This document shows positions 1-11,605 of a DNA stretch of 64,000 nt, piece after piece. The notes beneath the pieces were generated by a model that made no database searches, was not told the origin of the DNA, and saw only the letters and a program-made list of their open reading frames with translations. The position numbers were made by a program, and so were the translations under genes. How positions within the stretch are numbered: the first letter of the stretch is position 1; every line of letters begins with the position of its first letter. The DNA is taken from contig NC_042998.1 in assembly GCF_006345805.1 (NCBI RefSeq), positions 16,368,001 to 16,432,000 on the forward strand, read 5' to 3'. Source of the DNA: Octopus sinensis. Lineage: Eukaryota.

Positions 1-274
1 CCGATTTCATACACGTGTGAGTCTATCGACAGCCCAGGATCTCCCAGCCATTTAGTCTTATAGATACATCTATGGTTCTTTTCGTGTTACGTATTACTTC
101 TAATGATAAGTGCATCATGAGCTGAATTGCTTTGCCTGAGATCGGAACGTGGTCTCTGAAATGTTGAATCAAGTCTACAAGACTGCCATCGTAATTTCGA
201 CATTATATTTAATTTTGGCTCAACACCACAGTGATAACATATCGGTGACAAATTTGAGGCATTAGATTATCTAC

Positions 275-540
275 AGTTTTATCTTTTATTTGTTTTAGTC
301 TTTGGACTGAGTTCACGTTCGGACAGCGACTTGAAAGATTTTATTCGATCCCAGTCTATCAGCATCTTCTAAAGAACAACTCACATACGGGACGTAAACA
401 AATCGTCATAGGTTTTAAAGATGGGCTTCCACAAATTTTCCTTCTACCAAATTTCATTACTCAAGTTGCCGCAAATTGGGACTGAATCCGAAAAGCAGTG
501 GTTACACAGCGAGTATAGTAACCTATAGGCATCCCTATAC
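275..540 (-). mobile_element. Old degenerate copy of the abundant tRNA-derived SINE
   Basis: Weak similarity to the younger copies at 30186/44446/48712 (gggacgtaaac, ctaccaaat, gggactgaatccg blocks). Confidence 0.5.
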
Positions 541-940
541 CTACAGAATTTTTAGATTAGAATTTTAGGAGGTAGATTTTAAAAAATAAGTCTCCCTTGT
601 CGGTACAATGTCATTTATTATATATAAAATTCGTATGAAGATACGTTGCATAACTAATGTATTACCGGTCTATTTAAAGAACCAACAAACTAATGATTTC
701 TACATTTTCAGAGAGCTCATTTAGAAAGCATTATACGCAAAGTGACTACCAATATCATAGACACAGAAAGAGGATATTGCTACTACAATGAGTCGTAATT
801 CGGTGATAGCGATACCACCACGTAATATTAAGTCAGTGATATTTAAGATGGATTATATTAGCAGACACAAACACACACTATCACACACATACACACACAC
901 ATATACACAGGCATATCACACATATGACAAAAGACCACTA

Positions 941-1000
<60 letters not shown>

Positions 1001-1003
<3 letters not shown>

Positions 1004-1192
1004 TTCTTTTATTCTTTTACTTGTTTCAGTCATTTGACTGTGGCCATGCTGGAGCACTGCATTTAGTCGAACAAATCAAGGGCCAGAACCTATTCCCTAT
1101 TCCTTGTAACACTAGTATATATTCTATCGGACCCTTTTGATGAACCGCTAATTTACAGAGACGTAAACACACTAGTAAGCGATGGGAGAGGG
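1001..1192 (-). mobile_element. tRNA-derived SINE, 3' half
   Basis: cttttacttgtttcagtcatttgactgtggccatgctggagcac...gaaccgctaa...gacgtaaacac matches the 3' half of the copies at 30186, 44446 and 48712. Confidence 0.85.
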
Positions 1193-1214
1193 GAGAAACA
1201 ACTACATACATGCA

Positions 1215-3310
1215 TACATACATCATCATCATCATTGTTCGATGGAATTTACTACGCTACGCCAGACTTCACGGCCCATCATGGCATTAAGGAGGTCCTG
1301 TTGCTGGATGCCTGTATCCCTGGAGATTACATCAGGGTAGGAGAGTGTGCGCCCTCTGTTATTGCGAGTAGATGGCTTCCAGAGGAGAAGAGTAGAAATT
1401 ACTTCTTATTCAGCTCTACAACAATGTCCAGCAAACTGGACTCTCCTACCTTTCACAAGAGATGACAAAGGTGGTAGTTTCCCATATATTTGCATTTTGG
1501 TTGGATGGCGCTTCCACGAGAGATTTTGAGCTCTCATAAGGAGGCAAGTGTAGGTTCCATCCAACCGCCTCTCAAGCTTCTTTGATAACGTCCAGGTTTC
1601 TGAGCCATATAGTAGAATTGGTTCGACTGTGGCTTTGAATATTTGAAGTCTCTATTTAGATTTGATGACCAGATCTTATGCATGTCATTACAGGCTGATC
1701 AGGCCATACCCTTTCTAGGTAGAAAGTCTTTTCCAGATGATGATATGTATGACCCAAGATATTTATAATCAGAAACCATATTTAAGGGCGCGTTGTTGAG
1801 AGTATGGATGATGCAATCACTGTTGGACAGGCACTTGTTTATGTATTCAGTTTTGGCCTCATCGAGGTAAAGACCTACACAATTTGAGGCTTGTTCAAGA
1901 GATTGTAAAAGAGACTGGGCATTGGAGAGAGAATCACTGATAAGAGCGATGTCGTCAGCAAAGTCTGTGTCTGTCAAGTCCTCAGCTGGGTGTCTGGAAC
2001 TCCTTCTTGGTTTTATTTCAAAGCCCTTGCCAGAGATGGTATCAACTGACATACGTAGCACATAATCAACAACAATGATGAGAAGAACTGGGGCGAGTGT
2101 GTCTCCCTGCAGTATTCCGGCTCTGATTGAGAAAGATGATGTTTCTCCGTCAGGGGTTAAGTTGGTTGAAGACGTATCGGTGTAGAGGACCTTGATGGCA
2201 GAAGTGATTTTGTCTGGTATCCCATAGAGCTTAAGGATTTCAAACATCTTGTACCTATCTACAGAATCGAACGCTTTAGAAAAGTCTACAAATACCATTG
2301 CAAGATCGCGATTAAATGCTTTTGATTCTTCAATAAGTCTGCGTAGGCATAGTATCTGGCTCAGTGTTGAGCGTCCATGTCTGAATCCATTTTGGTTCTT
2401 TCGGAGCAAAGGTTCAACAAAAAGGACAAGACGATTTAGGATCAGTTTGTTGTACAGTTTTGCAGCAATTGACATTAGAGATATACCCCTGTAGTTGGTG
2501 ACGAGGGATAAATCGCCTTTTTTGGGTATTGGAATGATTTGAGATTGGTGCCAAATCTTTGGAGCGACAAAGGTGGAAAGTGTGTGGTTGCAGAGGTTGG
2601 GCAAAAGTGTGTGAAATCTATCATCCTTCCAAATTACAGCTGGGATGTGGTCGGGACCAAATGCTTTACAGGCTTTTAGTTGCTTGGTGGCTGCTGTTAG
2701 TTCAAATATGGTAAAAGGGGAGGTGTTGATGTCCAGCGTGTCTGATATAGGCACACTTGGAAGAGTGGGGTTATCGTCTGCCACAGACGAATTATGTGGG
2801 CTATACACACATACCAATGTTGTTTTCGGGTTTCCATCTATCTCAAGCACCATAATTCTAGGTGAGATTGACTCTATACTCAGGAGAGTAACACTAGCTT
2901 TTGATGAAAGTAGAAATCCGATACCTCCAACTGTTGAATTAACAGTATTCTTTGATGCTGAGGAGGTTACAAATTGATAAGAACCGACTTGATGGTATTT
3001 GAGGATGTTGATTCTGCATTTGCACCAAGTTCTTCTAGACGGCCAAGAGAGCCGAGGGTGCGGGCATTGAGGGTGCTGAGTATCGTATGATTTTTACATC
3101 TGATGAGGTGTTTGTTTGGTGTTGTTTGGTTGGGAGCTGACTCTTCTCCATCAGGTGATACCCGTCTATTAACATTGAGGACATCACCGTCAATGGATGC
3201 TCTTGGAGGTGCAACATGATCAGAGACAGGACCTGGCAAAGCAGGGGCTGGACCTACATCCGCAGGTATACCATTAGGTCTGGTTCCCTGGGGAAGAGGA
3301 ACCCTGGTGC
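1215..3310 (-). mobile_element. RTE-clade non-LTR retrotransposon (LINE), internally deleted
   Basis: EN fragments (TLNARTL, GGIGFLLS, ISPRIM, VYSP), full RT motifs, frameshifted C-terminus readable to ~1225, and a (ATG)n/(CAT)n 3' tail at 1218-1235. Clade assignment is by motif recollection. Confidence 0.88.
1699..2853 (-). pseudogene. LINE reverse transcriptase ORF (384 aa, stop-free)
   Basis: NYRGISL, QNGFR, FVDFSKAFDSV, GILQGDTLAP, DFADDIAL and YKYLGS motifs in the supplied translation. Confidence 0.92.
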
Positions 3311-3354
3311 AGTTAATTGTAAATTCCATAGTCTTTTCAAATGGCTATATATAC

Positions 3355-3435
<81 letters not shown>

Positions 3436-3685
3436 CACAAACACATATATGCGCAAACTCACACAGCCACGCAAAGGTATGCACATGCAGGTACTCACAC
3501 ACGCACACACGCACGCACACACGCAGATATATATGTGTTAGTGCGTGCGTGTGTGTGTATCTGTGTGTGTGTGTAGAGAGAGAGAGAGATACGGTAATGA
3601 CCACTTATTCATGTTGTAGATAGGCCGCTTCACATATTATATACACTTGAGGCACATAATACTATATATATATATATATATATAT

Positions 3686-3725
<40 letters not shown>

Positions 3726-3963
3726 TTCTTTTATTCTTTTACTATAAACTGGTCATATTAAAGACAGATATTACTACAACATTCGCAGTTTCGTCTTAGA
3801 GACTATTTAACGACCAGCATGTATTACGATAGAATTATCGAAAACTCGCACTTGCAGAACGATATCACTCTTTGTCTCTGTCTGTTTGTCTATCTCTCGG
3901 TCTTTCTTTTCTCTTTCTGTATAACTATCTCTGTGTGTGCGTGTATAAATAGTGGCTTCCCTC

Positions 3964-4190
3964 CCCTCTTATATCCATGACACCAACCATACTCCTCGTC
4001 TTTTAAACTCTTTCTCCTTCCCTCCTGGCCCCTCTAAATTTCTCTTACTCATGACATCGAGAGCCTATACATGATGATCCCTCACCACGAGGGGCTTCGA
4101 TCACTCCAACACTACCTTGACCTTCGACGCAACCCACAACCTGACACATCCACACTTCGTCAGGCCAAAATTGTTCTCTCCCTTAACAAC
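3964..4190 (+). pseudogene. Penelope-like element (PLE) reverse transcriptase fragment
   Basis: Hand translation with one frameshift: PSYIHDTNH..LLNSFSFP / DIESLYMMIPHHEGLRSLQHYLDLRRNPQPDTSTL..KIVLSLNN. This fits the PLE RT pattern SYIxDT, DxxSLYTxIPHxEGL, LVLxxNN. Confidence 0.75.
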
Positions 4191-4470
4191 AGATGACAAT
4201 AAAACATCTGAACAGATAGACGATAAAAAGACAGCAAATAAACAAGGACGTGTCATTCGCAGCCTTCTCTCATGTCAGAAAGCAAGCGAATGTGTACAAC
4301 AAAGACAAAGAAAAATAAAACGGAGAAAATAATACACAATTACAAATACAAACTAGAAAATAACAACAGATGTCTTTCGACTAATAAAGTCGAATCAACT
4401 GGAGTTGGCGTGTGTAGAGTGAAAGCCTTTAGACAGGGACATAGGAGATGAACATAAGAGATGAAAGTCA
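4191..4470 (-). mobile_element. PLE-like terminal-repeat fragment related to the 5118-5961 element
   Basis: Shares gtcgaaagac and ttgta(c/t)acattcg..gctttc blocks and a T-rich body with 5118-5500 on the minus strand; abuts the PLE RT fragment. Confidence 0.45.
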
Positions 4471-4499
4471 TATATATATGTATATATATGTATATATAA

Positions 4500-4730
4500 A
4501 GGCGGCGAGTTGGCAGAACCGTTAGCACGCCGGGCGAAATGCGTAGCCGTATTTCGTCTGCCGTTACGTTCTGAGTTCAAATTCCGCCGAGGTCGACTTT
4601 GCCTTCCATCCTTTCGGGGTCGATAAATTAAGTACCAGTTACGCACTGGGGTCGATGTAATCGATTTAGTCCGTTTGTCTGTCCTTGTTCATGCCCTCTG
4701 TGTTTAGCCCCTTCTGGGTAGTAAAGAAAA
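4500..4730 (+). mobile_element. SINE with tRNA-like head and Nin/Deu-like central domain
   Basis: ggcggcgagttggcagaaccgttagcacg...gttcaaattccgccgaggtcgactttgccttccatcctttcggggtcgataaa; similar copies at 17385, 29812 and 54383. Confidence 0.8.
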
Positions 4731-4741
4731 ATATATATGTA

Positions 4742-4780
<39 letters not shown>

Positions 4781-4782
<2 letters not shown>

Positions 4783-5058
4783 CAATGATAAATCTCAGAA
4801 GAGTTATAAACAGTAGCGGTAACACATCGTGACGCATATTTGCCATTTGAATATGGCTAACACCTAAGGGTGGATGCTACTGTAGTTTGTAGCCCCAGGA
4901 AGATATCTCCTCCAGCTGGCTATAGACACACTATCTGTGTCCTCTCAGTATTTGTGAAGGGAAGTCATCCCCCCCCTGGAGGAGATATCTTCCTGGGGCT
5001 ACAAACTACAGTAGCATCCACCCTTAGAGGTTAGCCATATTCAAATGGCAAATATGCG

Positions 5059-5060
<2 letters not shown>
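4781..5060. repeat. Foldback element: 84-bp inverted arms (4832-4915 / 4976-5059), 60-bp spacer, flanked by (TA)n
   Basis: Arms are reverse complements with about 2 mismatches; the same module recurs at 22208 and 22556. Confidence 0.9.
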
Positions 5061-5117
<57 letters not shown>

Positions 5118-5120
<3 letters not shown>

Positions 5121-5961
5121 TAAACAGTAAAAATAATTACAGACATGGACAAGAACATGAAACACCACAGAGACGACACAAGAACCACAGGACGGGACAT
5201 TCGAAGCCCTCAGTCATCAGTCAAGAACCAGATCATCTTAGCAATTTCGGCTGATTAATCTTGAGATTGCTCCGATATGGGCAGCCCGCCAAGGGAAATC
5301 TAAGCCAAGCGCATTAGATCCCCTGGAAGAAAGCTTCGAATGTATACAACACGAGGACGGAAAACGAACGAAGTACACGTACAAAAATACAGAATACGTG
5401 ACACCAATAAGAATACAAAAACGTAAAAACAATAACGGTAAAAATAAAAAACAAAACGAAACCAGGACGTAGGACAAGGGTCTTTCGACAGGACGAGTTG
5501 AGTATGGGGCTGGCTTGTGAAGTTGTGCCTAATGGCCGCAGGGAGACGAACAAATACGTGTTGCTTCGGCGGCTGCTGGAACGAAAAGAGCGCTCAACAG
5601 CGGCTAGCGGTCACGTGAGAACAAAAGACAGGAGAAAGGGACAGATGAAAAGAGAGAGAAGGTGGACGAGGGAGGAGAAGAAAGAGACAGATTGAGGGGG
5701 CTGGAGGTGAGAGAGATAGAGAAACGTAGAAGGGGGGGGGGAGACGGATGGGGGGGAAAGAAAGGAAGGGGAATAAGGGAGGAGAGAGAGAGAGAGAAAG
5801 AGACAGATTAAGAGTCGTATCAATGCTAGAGAAAAAATATACTTATCGTATAAGGACAATTGTGGATACGTAGCCGCCGATTATATAGGTAAACAGTAAA
5901 AATAATTACAGACATGGACAAGAACATGAAACACCACAGAGACGACACAAGAACCACAGGA
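5118..5961 (-). mobile_element. ~840-bp non-coding element with identical 75-bp direct terminal repeats, inside (TA)n
   Basis: 5118-5192 = 5887-5961 (aggtaaacag...gaaccacagga); (TA)n on both sides. Confidence 0.85.
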
Positions 5962-5991
5962 TATATATATATATATATATATATATGTACG

Positions 5992-6040
<49 letters not shown>

Positions 6041-6186
6041 ATGTGTGTGTGTATATATATTTATATATGCATGTGTATGAGGTCAGTGCTTGTATTTCAA
6101 TGTTTGTGTGCGTATGTAGGTGGGTGGTGTGTGTGCATGTATATATATATACACGCACATATATACATATATATACACACACACAT

Positions 6187-6226
<40 letters not shown>

Positions 6227-6227
6227 G

Positions 6228-6350
6228 TAAGGGTGGAGGCTCGTGTCTTAGTGGTTAGTGTGTTGAACTTATGGTCGTAAGATTGTGGTTTCGATTCCTG
6301 GACCGGGCGACGCGTTGTGTTCTTGATTAAAGCACTTCATTTCACATTGC
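6228..6350 (+). mobile_element. SINE 5' head (tRNA-like A and B boxes)
   Basis: cttagtggttag...ggtttcgattcc followed by gtgttcttga..aaagcacttcatttcac. Confidence 0.7.
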
Positions 6351-6596
6351 TCATCCAATCATCATAATTCTCGTCACCACGCCCATCATTTCTACGATAT
6401 GTTGGGTATGAAATAGCGTCTCATATCACTCACATTTATCATGGATTCACCAATCAAATATTTTTGTGTGGTGCTTCTGTGCTTGATGCCAGTCTGCCTA
6501 TTTGATCTATCTCTATATTCAAACAAAGGCATGAAATACGGAATATATATAATGTAAAAAAAAGAGAAAAAAAGAGAGAGGGAGATATATACCAAT

Positions 6597-6800
6597 CGTA
6601 GAAATTCCTTTTGGTCATGAATGGCAATGGGATTGCACCCTAAAAGTTACTCTCTGAAGCACAAGTCCGATATAGTTTAGCACCAGTGACGTCGCAATGC
6701 GTTTCTACAGGTGAGTGAACGCAAGTAATGTGAAATAAAGTGTCTTGCTCAAGAACACAACACACAGCCCAGCCCGGAAATCGAACTCACTACCTCATGA
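6597..6800 (-). mobile_element. SINE fragment with a putative RTE-like 3' tail
   Basis: Inverse homology to 6228-6350 (gtgaaataaagtgtcttgctcaagaacacaac); the ggtcatgaatgg..tgcacc..aaagttac tail is shared with 59835. Confidence 0.6.
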
Positions 6801-7689
6801 GGGTGTATATTTAAGGTGATGTTCATAGTAAAATGAAAAGTCCCCCTAGAAAAAAAAGTAGAAAACTCTGCTAGAGAATAAATTGTATATGCCCCTTGAA
6901 AATACTGGAGCTCTGATATAAGCCAATTCTTAATTATAAATTTGCATTTAAGGGACATTCAAAAGAGGAATGATTTAGATACCTGGCTAGATTTTAAAAT
7001 TTTCGTATAAGAAATTTGCTTGATAATGTCTCTAACATGGATATCGATTATGTAAATGATGATGAATCGACACAGAAAATAACTAAGTGTACATCATACA
7101 GATATGGAAAGCAATATGATTATAAAATATCGTCACCGGAGAATAAAAACGAAGTGAGTATGATAGAAAATTAAGCAATAAAGAATGAAGAAAGAAAGAA
7201 AAGCAGGGATACAACATAGAAATTAATAAAGAAACCGTAGAGAAATATATTTGGCAAAGTAAGTCATTTTTGTTTTTTAATTACGGGAAACTTGATATCA
7301 TTAGTACTGATAGTGTTATAGTGAAGTCTATAGTTATAGCATGCTTGACTATATTTTAATATTATGGAACCAACAGAGAGAGTAAATGTCGGTAGTAGAA
7401 ATATTCACGGAAGTGGAAGTGGTGGCTATATTAGAAATGAATTGAATGCTGAAGAACATTCATATAAAAGAAAGGTCTAAGGAAATCCAAATACAAAATA
7501 TACACACAAACACGTACGCTTACACGCACAGATACACACGTACACTTACACACGCGCACTAACACATATGCACACGACCGATCAGACGTATGCGACCACA
7601 CAAAAACTCGTCTATGCGAACGTGTCAATTTGCGTGAGAGTTTTATGTATGCGTGTGTGTGTTTGTGTGTGTGTGTGTTAAGTTAATTT

Positions 7690-8057
7690 TTTGGCACAAA
7701 AAGCAAAAGCAAGGCCATGTAGGGGGACATGGAGTTATGTACAGGGAGGGTGTTCATCCAAAGAGTTCAGGCCATTTCTGGTCGAGAGAGACTTTGAACC
7801 GAGCAGTCGTCGACATCTTCACTATCTCGTCCGGCAGCTTATTCCACGGATCCGCAACCCGGACGGAGAAATCCCCTCTCCTTCGATTGAGATGAAATCG
7901 TCGCAGATAGAGCTTTTCGGAGTGACCCCGCAGCCGACGCTCTGGAGCAGGAGTGAAGAACAGCTCTTTCGAGAGGTTACCCTTTCCGCTTATGATGTTG
8001 TGAACGAGAATGAGATCAGCACGGCGTCGTCGTTTTTCTAGAGAATAAAGGTCGAAT
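7690..8057 (-). mobile_element. CR1-clade LINE 3' end
   Basis: Minus-strand translation LYSLEKRRRRADLILVHNI...LRGHSEKL...FSVRVADPWNKLPDEIVKMSTTARFKVSLD matches the CR1 ORF2 C-terminus. Confidence 0.85.
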
Positions 8058-10775
8058 AAAGGTGTGTGTGTGTGTTTGCGCGCTTAAAGTGCACTGCATG
8101 ATATATCTAGGAGACATTTAGCAAATACTGTATGTTATTGTAAATGATTCGCATTTACAATACGCATGCTTGCACTAAAAGAGGGACCTACTGTATTTCT
8201 TCGTAACATTTGGATATTTCTTTAGCAGCCTTCCACCAGATATGACCACAGAATGTACACAGAAACTTGACTTACTTACGTGAGTCCCCATACATTGCTA
8301 ATACAGAAGTTCTCCAATTAAAACTGTTGTGAAATATTTTATGGTATGAGACCAAATCTGAAATACTTACAATAATGATGGCGAAATTGTATGACACATA
8401 TTCTCATGTATTCTGGATGAGAAATGCTATGTTCATGTTCGGAAGAAAATTAATTGAAGTCATACTATGCTTGCGCTTTTAAAGTAATTTTTGTTAGTAT
8501 GCGTTTGTATGCATTATTATACTTGGATGCCGTCCCATTAAAACATATCGTCATGCAGCGAAATGCTATGCTGTTAGGAGGTAATGATAATCGCTAAATT
8601 ATTCAAACCAACGACAGTTTGGCGAGACAAACTATAAATGTCAATTGTGCACTTCGCATTCTCTAAGGGCATAATTCTTACTAGTGTGGATATCTAACGC
8701 TAAATATAGAAACGTAGATATCTTCCCAGTGGCGAAGGTCATATCTGATTTTCTAAATTGCAGTAAGTTCTTTTAAGCGCATTACGCTGAAAATAACACA
8801 TGGAGAGGGAATTGTTCATGATTTTATCTAAAGAGAATTTAATAAACATACATCGAATGAGAACATGAGTGCCATCCAGATTAAATAGCAGTTCACTATT
8901 GTATTTCACATGAACCAGTTACACAGAGAGTTGCACTTACTGTTCGACATGTGACCATAATTTCTTGAAACAAAATACGTAAATTAATAAATCCAACTCT
9001 CAATGTTATAAGCATAATTTTTCTTTAGTGTGTAATTTCTTTGAAATATTTCGTGATATAATTTTTGCATGAAGAGAAATCGGTGAACTTCCTGGATATA
9101 ATGTCTTTTTCACGGCAAAAATTCAACCAATTACAAGTACATGGTTTTTAGTGGTTATTTATCAAGATTTTCACATGTCAACTGCAATAAATTAATGAAG
9201 GCTATAGTTCATCGTATAATAATAAACTGTTGCTTGCGTACATGGAGTATAGATAGCACGTCGGACAAAATTCTTAGCGATGCTTCTACCGTCCAATAAC
9301 GTTACGAGTTCAACTTTATAACTTGTCCTTTAGGAGCCCATAAATAAATGCATAATTTAATTTATGTAATCTGCTTATCCTTCCCTTAACATTCCTGTCC
9401 TAGTGCTAAGTTTAGAGAGAAATATTTCACTAAAAGTGATGAATAGACTTTTCAAATCTTTTCCCATTCCCACATATATCTAGAATGAAAGTATATTGCT
9501 TATTGTGAAGGGTAGATGATAAATACGCTCTCTACATAGACTAATTTGTGCAGAGTGTGATATTTTTTTTTGGAAACGTAAACATGAAATATCCCCTCGA
9601 TGGTAGCCTGATCGGCAATAGGAATGGCCTGATCCGCTCAGTACATGTTGTTAAGATTTGAGTCTATGTCAGACACATTGACTGGTTATATTAAGTGAAT
9701 TACGCCTGTGTGTTGAGTGAACTAATTATAAAACGATAAACCTTAATTTAATGGCGACACGTCTAGTTTACGATGAAACAAATTTGATTTTTGTATATCG
9801 TCCCCTTTACCAATCTATGCAGTAGTTTTCCGTTTTCTGTGTCATTTTTTGTGGAGGAGGAGGTTGTATATTACTTCTTCATGTTACTGTGATATTCCTC
9901 TGAAAAATTCGACAACAGACTTCTGGGCAATCACAAATTCAGAAATATCCGATCTAGATGTAATACACACCGTTTCATTCGAAATGTGTCATACATTTTA
10001 TACTGATCTATTATTAGCGAACAGGAAGATACAACAGGTCAGAAAATCCCCCCCCCCCCATCGTATTAGAAAATGAAAGATGTATTGTTTGAAATCTGAC
10101 CTTGAAATAAACCAGTGATCCTTTACTTGAAAATTATGGATATTCAACTTCTGAGTGTAAACCCTTTCCAAAACTTAATTTTTTATTTATTCTGACACTG
10201 AAGTGTACTCATGCAGCAAATACACAATCTTTGCTTAGAAATATAAAATCTTAATTACACACAGTAGTCTCATTATTCCAATTGCACATATTCAAACACA
10301 AACACATACATATACACACATTAGCGCATCACTGAATCTGAAAGTCATTTATTTTTGTCTAACGACTGCATTCAGGAAATTCAAATTATTCCGTAGTCCA
10401 AAACTAAAACAATTAATTCGCAGTGCAAAACATATTTTGTGTGGAAGGTTTTACCAGACACCTAGACGTATTATAGACAGTTTCGCGTGTTCTAAATGTT
10501 TATGCCATGTATTGAATATTATGTCTGCAAGAAAATAAAACGATTGCTTTGAAATAACTATATATTTGTCGTTGCTCATTCCCCCTTTCTGATACTGCAT
10601 ATGAAAATAAGTGATGTTGCATCTCCCAAATAACTATGACAGTAATATTATTATAGAAAATGTCATAATATCAGATAAATTACTGGAAATTTTACGCCTT
10701 TTTATTACAAAGCTTTATTGTAATATTGATATATTAAAAAGTTTATAATTTTAAAGAATCCCTGAGGAGGAATGA

Positions 10776-10821
<46 letters not shown>

Positions 10822-10825
<4 letters not shown>

Positions 10826-11428
10826 TAACAATTGAGGATAAAATCTTTAAAAGAAATTATCAGTAGTCAGCGTGAAAAACCTCGTAAGAGAAAAAATCGT
10901 AAATTCTTCCTCTTTGAAAATATTCATTTATATTATATTGAGGGTACTACTATTCGTAGATACCAACACGCTAAGAGGGACCAATGCGGTCAAAACTACT
11001 AAAAATAAACAAAATTTTACCGAGTGCAAAACTTCAAAACACATCATTCACCGGAATAGGTCAATACTGAATTTTTATTCCGAATAGACAATTTTTACCG
11101 AAATGCATTGCGAATAAGCCCGCCATTTTCATAGATATGTAAAGATAAACATTCGGACATGCTACGACGAATTCTACGGTTGGCTATCGAGCTTGTAATG
11201 TTATGTTTTTCTCTTTTATTTCTTGGGTTTGTTGCACTGATGAACATAAAATGCATATTCTGCATTTAAATGCGAAATCACATGTGATATGTAACTGAAT
11301 TCTTTTTTTAAAATGATGTGTTTTGAAGTTTTGCACTCGGTAAAATTTTGTTTATTTTTAGTAGTTTTGACCGCATTGGTCCCTCTTAGCGTGTTGGTAT
11401 CTACGAATAGTAGTACCCTCAATATAAA

Positions 11429-11434
<6 letters not shown>
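10822..11434. mobile_element. Foldback element with 123-bp inverted arms (10926-11048 / 11312-11434) between (TA)n tracts
   Basis: Near-perfect reverse-complement arms (the duplicated peptide is visible in ORFs 10872+ and 11216-); homologous to 59373-59820. Confidence 0.9.
11231..11295 (+). ncRNA. Type-I hammerhead ribozyme fold
   Basis: GUUGCA-CUGAUGA-[stem II]-GAAA-UCAC AU GUGA-UA|UGUAAC: 6-bp stem I, intact core, palindromic stem III, AUA cleavage triplet (folded by hand). Confidence 0.8.
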
Positions 11435-11510
<76 letters not shown>

Positions 11511-11531
11511 GTATATATATATGTATGATAT

Positions 11532-11605
<74 letters not shown>

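Noticed and set aside
3735-3860. Possible hammerhead on the minus strand (GUC UCUAA GAC GAAAC...UUGUA), with a related decayed sequence at ~760-850
   Set aside because: No CUGANGA core and no matching stem I; at best a heavily decayed relic
5185-5235. CUGAUGA...CGAAU as a functional ribozyme
   Set aside because: GAAA is altered and no convincing stems I, II or III could be built
6228-6320. tRNA gene
   Set aside because: A and B boxes are present, but there is no complete cloverleaf and it continues into SINE body sequence
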